Shown one piece after another: positions 48,901 to 56,987 of a stretch of 64,000 nt of DNA. A program made the translations under genes and the position numbers. Position 1 is the first letter of the stretch. Each line of letters starts with the position of its first letter. Origin of the DNA: a bacterium (GTDB lineage Bacteria; SAR324; NAC60-12); NCBI GenBank assembly GCA_965209155.1, contig OZ242383.1, positions 896,001 to 960,000 on the forward strand. Direction: 5' to 3'. The notes below the pieces were generated by a model. It saw only the letters and a list, made by a program, of their open reading frames with translations. It was not told the origin of the DNA and made no database searches.

Positions 48901-49026
48901 GTCGCTATACATTCGGTGACCTCCCTGGCTCCTGTAGGCAGGCACAAGGATCCCTTTTCGCTCCCATATCCTGATGGTTTCAACGGTTTTCCCAACCTTT
49001 TTTGCAAATGGACCAATACTGTACAT
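42904..49026 (-). CDS. Multidomain sigma54-dependent activator: inactive IS607 TnpA (MerR HTH plus serine recombinase fold), pseudokinase, AAA ATPase, helical region, GAF, sigma54 AAA+, Fis HTH
   Basis: N-terminal [24 protein letters not shown]...[27 protein letters not shown]. Kinase-like [32 protein letters not shown] and LDDLQW. GAF SILCAPI...YLEN. [27 protein letters not shown]. C-terminal [16 protein letters not shown]. Confidence 0.9.
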   Translation of the reverse strand: [2040 protein letters not shown]

Positions 49027-49255
49027 CTGTGATCTGTCCCGAATGAGTGATTGTAATCATTCATATAAAAAAGATTTAATAACAATTCAAGATATTTACA
49101 GATATTGGTTAACTGATTTGCAAATGGACCAATACTGTACATCTGTGATCTGTCCCGAATGAGTGATTGTAATCATTCATATAAAAAAGATTTAATAACA
49201 ATTCAAGATATTTACAGATATTTAGAGATATTTACAGATATTAGTTAACTGATCC
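49001..49255 (-). mobile_element. Putative IS607-family left-end remnant, containing a 116-bp tandem duplication
   Basis: 49001-49116 is repeated from 49117. AGATATTT(A) units at 10-bp period: 49090, 49100 and 49206, 49216, 49226, 49236. The region ends at a GG dinucleotide on the minus strand (49255-49254), upstream of the TnpA-like start. Confidence 0.65.
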
Positions 49256-49305
49256 TACGGGAAGATCAGGAAATAGAGCTACACCCCATTCTTTCCTTTT
49301 CATCT

Positions 49306-50460
49306 CTACGGCCAGTGGTTGGGTCTCAGTTGGAGGAGAAACTCATCAACTGGCCAACACGAAATTCCATCTACTAATAGTTTTTCTGTTCCTCGATAGA
49401 GCAATATCGTGTTTGCCTCAGGATAATCCGCTTGAAACACTTTGAGGGATCTCAAGGTTTTTGGGTGGATCTGTTGGGCATTTTTAACCTCCAGCGCATA
49501 GAAATGATGGTCTCCATATAAGACAATATCCACCTCAGAGCCTCCCCGCGATCGCCAAAAATAACAATTTGCATTACCCTCAGAATAATCACACCAGGCT
49601 TTTAAATGTTGTAACACCAAACCCTCCAAGGCAAGACCCCCTATTTCCTCTGGGCTATCAATGGGCCCTTTGGGACGCAAATGGTGGTAAACCCCGGCAT
49701 CAAACAGATAAAATTTCGCTTGCGCTGTCAGGGCGCGTCTGGCTCGTTTGGTAAAGACCGGCAGCTTATATCCCAATAGGAGATCTTCAAGAATCGATAG
49801 ATAATTCTCGACAATTTTTCGGGATACCTGGCACTCTCTGGCAATATTGCTGAGGTTCAAAACACTGCCGTGTGAAAAACTAATGACTTCCAGAAATCGG
49901 GCAAAGGTTCCGATATCCCGGACTAACGCCTCTTCCTTGACCTCTTCCTTCAAATAAAGAGAGAGGTAAGCCGCCAAGGTCTTATCCGGTTTCCTTGCCG
50001 AAACAATCAAAGGGATCAACCCATTGCCGAGTGCTGCATCCAGTGAAAAATCGGCACCCATTTCCGCAGCCAGAAAGGGATGGTAACGGGTTAATAAGGC
50101 GCGGCCGGCTAATAGATTGACGCCACCCCGGCGCAATTTTCGAGTACTCGAACCGGTCAGAATAAACTGATGGGATTTGTGCTCCTCAATCAAACTGTGG
50201 ATACTGTCCAGAATTGCAGGCACTTTTTGAACTTCATCAATAATGTAACGTTTGATTTGTGGGTTTGCGGTGACGATTTGTTTGATTCGCTCGGGGTAGG
50301 CCACGTGGTTTCTGAAAGTCCTGTCGTCCAACAAGTCGATGAGGTACGCGTCCGGAAAAGTTTTTTTGAGCCAGGTTGACTTTCCTGTCCCTCTGGGACC
50401 GAAAATAAAGAAGCTATCCGCAGGAGCTTCAAAAAATCTTTTGAAATATCTGTCCCTCAT
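49306..50460 (-). CDS. AAA_14 ATPase with DUF4143 / C-terminal PD-(D/E)xK-like domain
   Basis: GPRGTGKS, IIDEVQK, LTGSS, LLAGR, KFYLFDAG, WRSRGGSEVD...EVK. Confidence 0.9.
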   Translation of the reverse strand: MRDRYFKRFFEAPADSFFIFGPRGTGKSTWLKKTFPDAYLIDLLDDRTFRNHVAYPERIKQIVTANPQIKRYIIDEVQKVPAILDSIHSLIEEHKSHQFILTGSSTRKLRRGGVNLLAGRALLTRYHPFLAAEMGADFSLDAALGNGLIPLIVSARKPDKTLAAYLSLYLKEEVKEEALVRDIGTFARFLEVISFSHGSVLNLSNIARECQVSRKIVENYLSILEDLLLGYKLPVFTKRARRALTAQAKFYLFDAGVYHHLRPKGPIDSPEEIGGLALEGLVLQHLKAWCDYSEGNANCYFWRSRGGSEVDIVLYGDHHFYALEVKNAQQIHPKTLRSLKVFQADYPEANTILLYRGTEKLLVDGISCWPVDEFLLQLRPNHWP

Positions 50461-50618
50461 CGATTCCTTTCGCTCACAATATTTTAACTGAATAGTAAAA
50501 ATTGAGTCTTAATTTTTCCTTTTCAGGTAAAATTATCAAGCTATATTGGACAAAATCTCTCCTTTCGTTACACCCGCCACATCACTCCCTGAAATCATTC
50601 CCCAGCCGATTGGTCTGG

Positions 50619-50699
50619 TTATGACCACCCCTTGTCGACGGCCTTCAGACTCCCGTCAATGTTGATGAACGTTCCCGAAACGAAGTCAGAGGTCTGGGA
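50619..50699 (-). pseudogene. 3' fragment of an SDR gene
   Basis: Hand translation SQTSDFVSGTFINIDGSLKAVDKGWS*, typical of an SDR C-terminus. Confidence 0.6.
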
Positions 50700-50734
50700 G
50701 GTAGGATGAATTTATAATAATTTGACCCATTGTA

Positions 50735-50880
50735 CTAGGGATTTCCTCCGGGGGGAAGGACATCGGCCAGTTGGTCACGGACCCCGTAGGGGTCGAAGAG
50801 GGCTTCTACTTGAGCCCAAGTGGTGGGATCCACCGGGATGCCCTGGTCCAACCGCTCTTGGCGCGTCTTGGTGGATCTTT
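50735..50880 (-). pseudogene. 3' fragment of the Ldh_2 oxidoreductase (fourth copy)
   Basis: ERSTKTRQERLDQGIPVDPTTWAQVEALFD, near-identical to the end of 32866-33942. Confidence 0.9.
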
Positions 50881-50953
50881 CTCTCGAATTTGATTTTAAA
50901 TTTCTGAAATGAATCACTTGTTAATATTCAAACTACTATTATAATATTAGTTA

Positions 50954-51304
50954 TTGAATAAAATACTCTTAAATACTAATATGATATCACTATTAACAAC
51001 AGCAAAAGCACAAAAGGCCTTAGCGCAAAACTTGCAGGAACAGCGTGTGGGTATGGGATTCACCCAGGAAGGTTTAGCCAAACGATCGGGTGTGCCTTTA
51101 GCCACATTACGCAAATTTGAACAAAAAAGTCTCATTTCTTTGGAATCCTTTCTAAAACTTGCCATGAGTCTAGGGTTGTTAGAAGCGATCGTGAAAGCGA
51201 CCCAACAAAAATCTATCGAATTCTCGTCCATTGATGAATTAATTCAGGAAGGACAAACTGCCCAAACCCAAAAGCGCATTCGTAAAAAAGGGTGGCGGAG
51301 ATGA
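50954..51304 (+). CDS. XRE-family HTH protein (HipB-like antitoxin), orphan
   Basis: TQEGLAKRSGVPLATLRKFEQ, ISLESFLKL, basic C-terminal tail; overlapping ATGA at 51301 but no toxin ORF follows; likely start 50981. Confidence 0.8.
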   Translation: MNKILLNTNMISLLTTAKAQKALAQNLQEQRVGMGFTQEGLAKRSGVPLATLRKFEQKSLISLESFLKLAMSLGLLEAIVKATQQKSIEFSSIDELIQEGQTAQTQKRIRKKGWRR

Positions 51305-51688
51305 GATGGATGACTGGTGGAACTGTTTGTGCCCCGGTTTGAGGCACTATTTCATTTTCCATTTGTGCCCCGCCTTGGGGCACAATTACTTCAGTCTCCG
51401 AAAAACCTGAAAAAAACTCATAAAACTTCTTCACATAGTATAGATTACGTCGGGAAAACCCTGGACATCGGGAAATTCTGATGTCAAGTCCTTTGATCAC
51501 TGATCAATCACCTTATTTCCCCAGATATTTTCCTGAAACTTTCCGGAGATGGATTCTCCCAGATCCCAATAAAACCAAATCAATTCCCGACTGGCTGCAA
51601 GAGCAGCATGAACCTGCACACTGGTGATTTTTTCCTTAATCTCCTGAAGCCAACAGGTATATTCAGGAGTTGAGCTGAGTTGTGTCAT
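51305..51688 (-). pseudogene. DUF1016 (YhcG-like) N-terminal domain, frameshifted and truncated
   Basis: YTCWLQEIKEKI...ELIWFYWDLG...WGNKVIDQ in one frame and GFSRRNLYYVKKFY in another; nuclease half missing. Confidence 0.82.
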
Positions 51689-52007
51689 TTTATATTTCTC
51701 CTACCACTCAAAAAAACAACATTCCACGATTCTCATTTGAACCTCCTAAAATTGTAAATCGAGGGAAGTTTCTCTGGCATTTGCGATACTGACTCACTGA
51801 CTCACCGAACGAGGCTATAGAATAAGTCCAAAATTTCTAAAAGATACCGCAAACCACTGCCTTCTTCGAATAATTTTTCAAACAGAGGCCAGATCACCTC
51901 CTGCAAAAGCGGAGATCGCTCGAGGGAGTCGCTGAAACTCACCCCGTCTATGTTGGGAGAGCCCTGATTAACCTTGGATAAAGCTAAAAAAATGACTTGA
52001 CCCCGAA

Positions 52008-52184
52008 ATGTTCTTTACAGAAGGTGGCGGAAACTTACAGCAAGTAGCAGAGTATTTTCGAAGGGATCTTTCCACATTGAGTCGACAACTCATCGCGCTT
52101 GAGGAACAAATCCGAAACGATTCTAGCCTGCATGAAAAACTGGATGGCTTGAGGCAGTATCTTAATACCAAAATACAAGTCTGA
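52008..52184 (+). pseudogene. C-terminal HTH remnant of an IS200-like/REP-associated tyrosine transposase
   Basis: Hand translation NLQQVAEYFRRDLSTLSRQL...IQV*, ending in CAAGTCTGACCCC, an end motif I associate with this group; TGACCCC also at about 51998 and 53550. Confidence 0.55.
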
Positions 52185-52407
52185 CCCCTTTTCGATTCTT
52201 CTATTTTCTTAGAGGTGTTGGCCAAAAACTGATCTTTTTCCTTCGAGCTGCTTGGATCGTGAAGGTTCAATGTTTTTTTACGAAAGCTTGATGGAAGCAT
52301 TTTCTTCCCGGTTATTGACTTGCAATCTTTTGTGATAAGTCTATAATATTATTCATATTTTCTTGAAAACATAATCTCAGAATTTGTCACATCCAAATTA
52401 TTGATCA

Positions 52408-52775
52408 ATGAAACCATTCCAAGTTTATAAAAAGCACTGGGAGGAAGCCTTTCTCAGAAAAGAAACAGAGAAAGAACAGCACCGACAGGCGGCTTTGAGA
52501 GAGGCTGAGAGGCTCAAGCAAATTCTCATAGACGAATTTCGTGTAAAACGTATTATCTTTCGGTTCGGTCTTATGCAGAGGTGCTTTTGAAGCAGATTCT
52601 GACATTGACTTCGCCGTCGAAGGATTGGCGAAGGAAGAATATTTTCCCGCACTGGCCAGGCTGATGATGGCTAGTCCCTGGGAGGTAGATTTGAAACCCA
52701 TCGAAGAGATGGAAAAATTGCTTAGAGACCATATTGCCAAAGGACAGATTTTGTATGAAAAAAGAGAGTCTTCCT
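52408..52775 (+). pseudogene. Minimal nucleotidyltransferase (MNT antitoxin), frameshifted; HEPN partner absent
   Basis: Joining frames at about 52559 restores ..KRII-FGSV...SDIDFAVEGL...EVDLKP; an overlapping ATG start at the end is not followed by a HEPN ORF. Confidence 0.78.
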
Positions 52776-52803
52776 GGAAAGTTTTGAATCTCTCTAAAAT
52801 CAA

Positions 52804-52825
52804 TGTTATAACATATGTAATAACA
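52804..52825. promoter_or_regulatory. Palindromic operator of the AbrB-Doc TA operon
   Basis: TGTTATAACAT-ATGTAATAACA inverted repeat (1 mismatch) about 20 bp upstream of the antitoxin ATG. Confidence 0.7.
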
Positions 52826-52846
52826 CTAAATATAAAAGGATTAATC

Positions 52847-53074
52847 ATGCAAGCATTAAAATTAAGAAAAATTGGGAATTCATTTGGGATAGTGTTTCCA
52901 AAAGAGGTTTTGGGACAAATTGGTGTTAGTGAAGGAGATTCATTGTTTTTAGTTGAAACACCAGAAGGAGCCTTTCAACTCACACCTTATGATCCTGAAT
53001 TCGAAAAACAGATGGAAATTGCTGAAAGAGGCATGTCAAAATACCGAAATACTTTAAGGACACTTGCCCAATGA
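52847..53074 (+). CDS. AbrB/MazE-type antitoxin
   Basis: LRKIGNSFGIVFPKE...EGDSL...PYDPEFEKQM; RBS AAGGA; start corrected from 52625. Confidence 0.9.
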   Translation: MQALKLRKIGNSFGIVFPKEVLGQIGVSEGDSLFLVETPEGAFQLTPYDPEFEKQMEIAERGMSKYRNTLRTLAQ

Positions 53075-53460
53075 ATCCTCCTATATGGATTGAGAAATCG
53101 TTAGTTTTAGCCATTCAATCCCGCCTTCTTGTTGAACATGGCGGAGCTTCAGGAATCAGAGACGAAGGGCTGCTTGAATCAGCGTCAGATAAACCAAAAA
53201 ATTTATATTCGTATGGAAATCCTGACTTATATGATTTAGCAGTAGCATATATTACTGGGCTTGTTCAAAATCATCCTTTTGTTGATGGAAACAAACGAAT
53301 AGGATTTATGGCAGGATATATCTTTTTGGCAAGAAACGGGAAAGAACTCATCGCTGATGAAGCGGAAGCAGCTCAAATAATTCTTGATCTGGCTTCACAT
53401 TCCATAGAAGAAATCCAACTGAAAAGATGGTTAATTGAAAACTGTGTGGATGAGGCCTAG
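53071..53460 (+). CDS. doc: Death-on-curing (Doc/Fic) family toxin
   Basis: GIRDEGLLESA, HPFVDGNKRIG; ATGA overlap with the antitoxin. Confidence 0.92.
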   Translation: MNPPIWIEKSLVLAIQSRLLVEHGGASGIRDEGLLESASDKPKNLYSYGNPDLYDLAVAYITGLVQNHPFVDGNKRIGFMAGYIFLARNGKELIADEAEAAQIILDLASHSIEEIQLKRWLIENCVDEA

Positions 53461-53568
53461 ACTGGCCACATAGTGGAAAATCCTCAGCTGAGCAAAAAGT
53501 ATCGAGGGATTACCCCACATTTAAACCTTGAATAAAGCGAAAAAAGATCTGACCCCTTTCTTTTCATT

Positions 53569-54233
53569 CTAGGGATATCCTCCGGCAGGAAGGACATCGG
53601 CCAATTGGTCACGGACCCCGTAGGGGTCGAAGAGGGCTTCTACCTGAGCCCAAGTGGTAGGATCCACCGGGATGCCCTGGACCAATCGCTCTTGGCGCGT
53701 CTTGGCGGATCTTTCCCCCGGAAAGAAAACCCCGCTCGATCCTTCCATCAGGGGGGTGTTTTGAAGGTATCTCATCATCTGTTGGGCCTCGGCCCGGATG
53801 GTTTCCAGGGGCGCCATGCGGCCCAGGTCGATGATGAGTATCGTGGATCCTGCCCTCAGATCCATCTTTCTTGGAGGACAAGCGATCTGGCCCAGAAGTG
53901 CCCCGAAAAGCGCGACCATTACCGAGAGCGCATATCCCTCGCCAGTTCGGTCGCTCGTGTGGCAACCACCTGTCCGAAGGTAGAATGGCCATTGATCTGG
54001 AGGATCGCCCCATGGTTGCCAACAACTTCCGGCTCTGCCTTTGGATCGCAATCTCCATCCTCAATGTTTTTCAGGTACTGGGGGATGCGAATGAACCCAT
54101 GGGAATCGTATCCCGCAAGATTGGCATTGGCCAGGTGGTCCGCCACGATACCGGCGTGGCCGGCCGAGGCTCCTCCCGCCTGCATCATCACATCGGTTAT
54201 CCGGACAATCTGATGTTTCGTTAATATTGGCAT
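53569..54233 (-). pseudogene. Ldh_2 oxidoreductase copy B, 412-bp internal deletion with frameshift
   Basis: Junction at about 53939 joins the equivalents of 33649 and 33236; 665 bp versus 1077 bp. Confidence 0.92.
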
Positions 54234-54343
54234 GGATAGCTCCTAAGAATTCAGTTAAATGGCTCCCCTCCCCTCGTGAGAGCCATACGCGGAAGCAGTC
54301 GACGTGGAACGGGGTATCAGCGGAGAGCACCCTTACTCACCCA

Positions 54344-55096
54344 TCACCCCGCGGTTATTCCGCCGTCAATGGAGAAGTCGCTACCGGTGACATAAGAGGA
54401 CTCGTCCGAAGCCAGGTAAAGGGCGCCGTAGGCAATGTCTTCCGGCTGGCCCTGGCGGCCTAGGGGAATCATGTTGAACGTGTTCTGCCGGTATTCTTCG
54501 TCCTCCATCAAGTAGGCGTTCATCATTGTTTCGGTGCTGCCCGGATTTATGGCGTTGCCGCGGATACCTTCCCGGGAGTATTGACTAGCGGTGGACTTGG
54601 TCAATAGCCGTACCGCAGCCTTGGACACGGTGTAGGCGCACGATGCCTCCGCGCCGGCAAACAGCCCAGACACCGAAGCAATGTTGATAATGGAGCCGCC
54701 ACCCGCTTTCCGCGTCTCGGGTATGGCGTGTTTTGTCCCCAGAAACGCACCCTTGGTATTTGTATCCCAAACCTGGTCCCACTGTTCGCTGGTGGTCTCC
54801 TCCACCAGACCGGTTCGGAAAATAGCGGCGTTGTTCACCAGAACGTCCAGTTTCCCGAAGTGGGCGATGGTGGACGTCACGGCTTGTTGCCACTCAGCCT
54901 CGCTGGTGACGTCCAACCGGACGAAGAGGCACTCGGCGCCGGTTTCATTAATTTCGGTCTCGGTCTGACGCCCTTCTTCTTCCAGCACGTCTCCGAAGAC
55001 CACTTTGGCCCCTTCCCTGGCAAACAACTTGGCCATCGCTGCGCCCATGCCCCTGGCTCCCCCGCTGAAAAAAGCGACTTTGTCTTTCAGCCTCAT
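54344..55096 (-). CDS. SDR oxidoreductase (3-alpha/20-beta-HSD-like)
   Basis: SGGARGMG, LDV, NNA, YTVSK, NPG, IDGG; start MRLKDK. Confidence 0.92.
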   Translation of the reverse strand: MRLKDKVAFFSGGARGMGAAMAKLFAREGAKVVFGDVLEEEGRQTETEINETGAECLFVRLDVTSEAEWQQAVTSTIAHFGKLDVLVNNAAIFRTGLVEETTSEQWDQVWDTNTKGAFLGTKHAIPETRKAGGGSIINIASVSGLFAGAEASCAYTVSKAAVRLLTKSTASQYSREGIRGNAINPGSTETMMNAYLMEDEEYRQNTFNMIPLGRQGQPEDIAYGALYLASDESSYVTGSDFSIDGGITAG

Positions 55097-55790
55097 GGTT
55101 CCCCTCCGTCGTTGAATTTGGGAAGCAAGGCCACGGAACGGACCTCGCCAAACTCCTTTTGCAGCTTTTGCCACAAATCACCACCGTCTTCGCTCACGTA
55201 CACATAGCCGAGGATGCTGGCCGCGACGATTACGTTGGGCCGCTCCTTGTGAGTGGCGATCCCATAGATATTGGAGTTGGGCTCTTCCGGCAGAGGCACC
55301 GGTTCCCAGCTTTTGCCACCATCCTGGGTGCGCTGCACGGCACCGGTTGTACCGGGAATAAAGTCGCCGTTGCCGACGAACATGACATCGGGGTTATCCG
55401 CTTTGATGACCATGCCGCGGCAGTAGGACCCGGAGTCTGCTTCATGGAACTTGGGGAAATGCGGAATCCCTCGGGCCGCGTGCCCACGAAAAGGGTGTCC
55501 GGGTCCGTGGGGTCCACAGTCACCGACCAGACCTCGAGGTTCGATGTGGGGGCATCCAGGTTTTCCCAGGTCGCGCCGCCGTCTTCGCTGCGGAAAACGC
55601 CCACGTCGGAACCGGCCAATACCCCCCGGGGGTTGTCCGGATACACGCACAACGCCCTGACGTTGCCCTCATCCGGTATAGTTTTCTTGGGCTCCAGGCG
55701 ACCAACGTGGGTCCAGGATTCACCGCCATCGGAACTCGCGTTCAGGTCTTGGCCGACGGTGCCGATGAGAATTGTGTAATTTTTTGCCAT
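55093..55790 (-). pseudogene. BNR beta-propeller copy B, 334-bp internal deletion with frameshift
   Basis: Junction 55460/55461 removes the equivalent of 60273-60606. Confidence 0.9.
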
Positions 55791-55808
55791 ATCGCGTCTC
55801 CTCCTGGA

Positions 55809-55849
55809 ATTCCCTCTCCCCTTAATGCCTTGGCAAGGAGAGAGGGAAT
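55809..55849 (-). terminator. Second copy of the post-SBP stem-loop
   Basis: Near-identical to 39988-40028, including flanking GTGGGCTTTCTACT. Confidence 0.6.
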
Positions 55850-56017
55850 CGAGTGGGCTTTCTACTCCGGACTCTATGCCATGCAGAACCTGTGATTAAA
55901 TCGATGGGTTCTCCGAAGATACCTGAATAGATACATTTACAGTTTGAAAAAACTGTGCAAAATAGAATAAAGAGTTTGTTACATAGGAATAGAGCCAAGC
56001 GATCGTTGAGGTAAAAT

Positions 56018-56344
56018 ATGTCTTCAGAGCAACCTGGATCACAAGAAAAAATCCTCTCACTCTTGTCGAGGATCGGCTGGGATCACAATCTCACGCCGAG
56101 GGAGTGTTATCAGCTATTGATCGGAGAAAATAAAGAAATAAGAGGGATGGACATCAATCATATTTACTATCGTATTCTTACATCATTTGACTGGTACACT
56201 ATATTAGAAATGATTCCTGCCCATAAGCTGCACCAGGCAGTCAGTCCTCCTGTTGTCAATAAGATCAAATCAGAAACCTTGAGAGAAAAATTCACTCATG
56301 CCAGACACATTTTATCAGGACAAACTGTACCCATTTCAGGATAA
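56018..56344 (+). CDS. Hypothetical protein, probable antitoxin partner of the AbiEii gene
   Basis: RBS GAGG, 108 aa, overlaps the downstream nucleotidyltransferase. Confidence 0.7.
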   Translation: MSSEQPGSQEKILSLLSRIGWDHNLTPRECYQLLIGENKEIRGMDINHIYYRILTSFDWYTILEMIPAHKLHQAVSPPVVNKIKSETLREKFTHARHILSGQTVPISG

Positions 56345-56987
56345 AATTCTAAAAATTTTGGGGAAGGCAAATACCGAGTTTTATCTGACCGGAGGCACCG
56401 CACTCAGTCGGTTTTTACTCCATCATCGGTATTCTGATGATCTTGATTTTTTTCTCAACGCGTCCACCTCCTTTAAAAAACAAGTTCAAACCATCATTGA
56501 TCTTCTGAATAAAAATACAATCCCCTTTCAATCAGCGATTCCTTCCGAGGATTTTTTTAGAGTGTTGCTGCCCCTGCCTTTTGAACATGAGAAATCGCTG
56601 CAAATTGATTTTGTGAATGATGTTGGGGTTCATTATGGGGAGTTCCACAGTTCGGAATTATTCCCAAGAATTGATAATTGGCGAAATATCCTTTCGAATA
56701 AAATTTCTGCTTTAAGTCGAGAAGAAGCAAAGGACATAGTCGACCTTTTGTTGATATCACAGACTTATGAATTCGAGTGGAAAGAGGTGATTGGGGAGGC
56801 AAATCAGAAAGATGCATGGGTCGATCCCTTGGCGATATCAAAACGCTTGGATGAATTTCGAATAGAAACTTTACAATCCATTAAATGGGTCATCCCTGTG
56901 GATGTCCATGCGTTTACCAAAGCTTTAAAAACGCTACAGCAAGACATTTTCTTTGGCAAACAAAATTCTCTGGCAGCCAGGGCCTGA
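56298..56987 (+). CDS. AbiEii/AbiGii family nucleotidyltransferase toxin
   Basis: FYLTGGTAL...HRYSDDLDFF, IDFV, NKISAL..R..KDIVDL. Confidence 0.9.
   Translation: MPDTFYQDKLYPFQDKILKILGKANTEFYLTGGTALSRFLLHHRYSDDLDFFLNASTSFKKQVQTIIDLLNKNTIPFQSAIPSEDFFRVLLPLPFEHEKSLQIDFVNDVGVHYGEFHSSELFPRIDNWRNILSNKISALSREEAKDIVDLLLISQTYEFEWKEVIGEANQKDAWVDPLAISKRLDEFRIETLQSIKWVIPVDVHAFTKALKTLQQDIFFGKQNSLAARA

Noticed and set aside
48846..49142. Independent 98-aa gene
   Set aside because: Product of the 116-bp duplication of the start region
49001..49255. CRISPR array or plasmid iterons
   Set aside because: Simple tandem duplication with no spacers and no rep gene; better explained as an IS607 end
48500..49255. 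Active IS607 element or TnpB/omega-RNA system
   Set aside because: Catalytic Ser is replaced, and no tnpB or right end is visible
52625..52846. N-terminal extension of the AbrB antitoxin (149-aa ORF)
   Set aside because: Read-through of the MNT pseudogene tail across the operator; the real start at 52847 has an RBS
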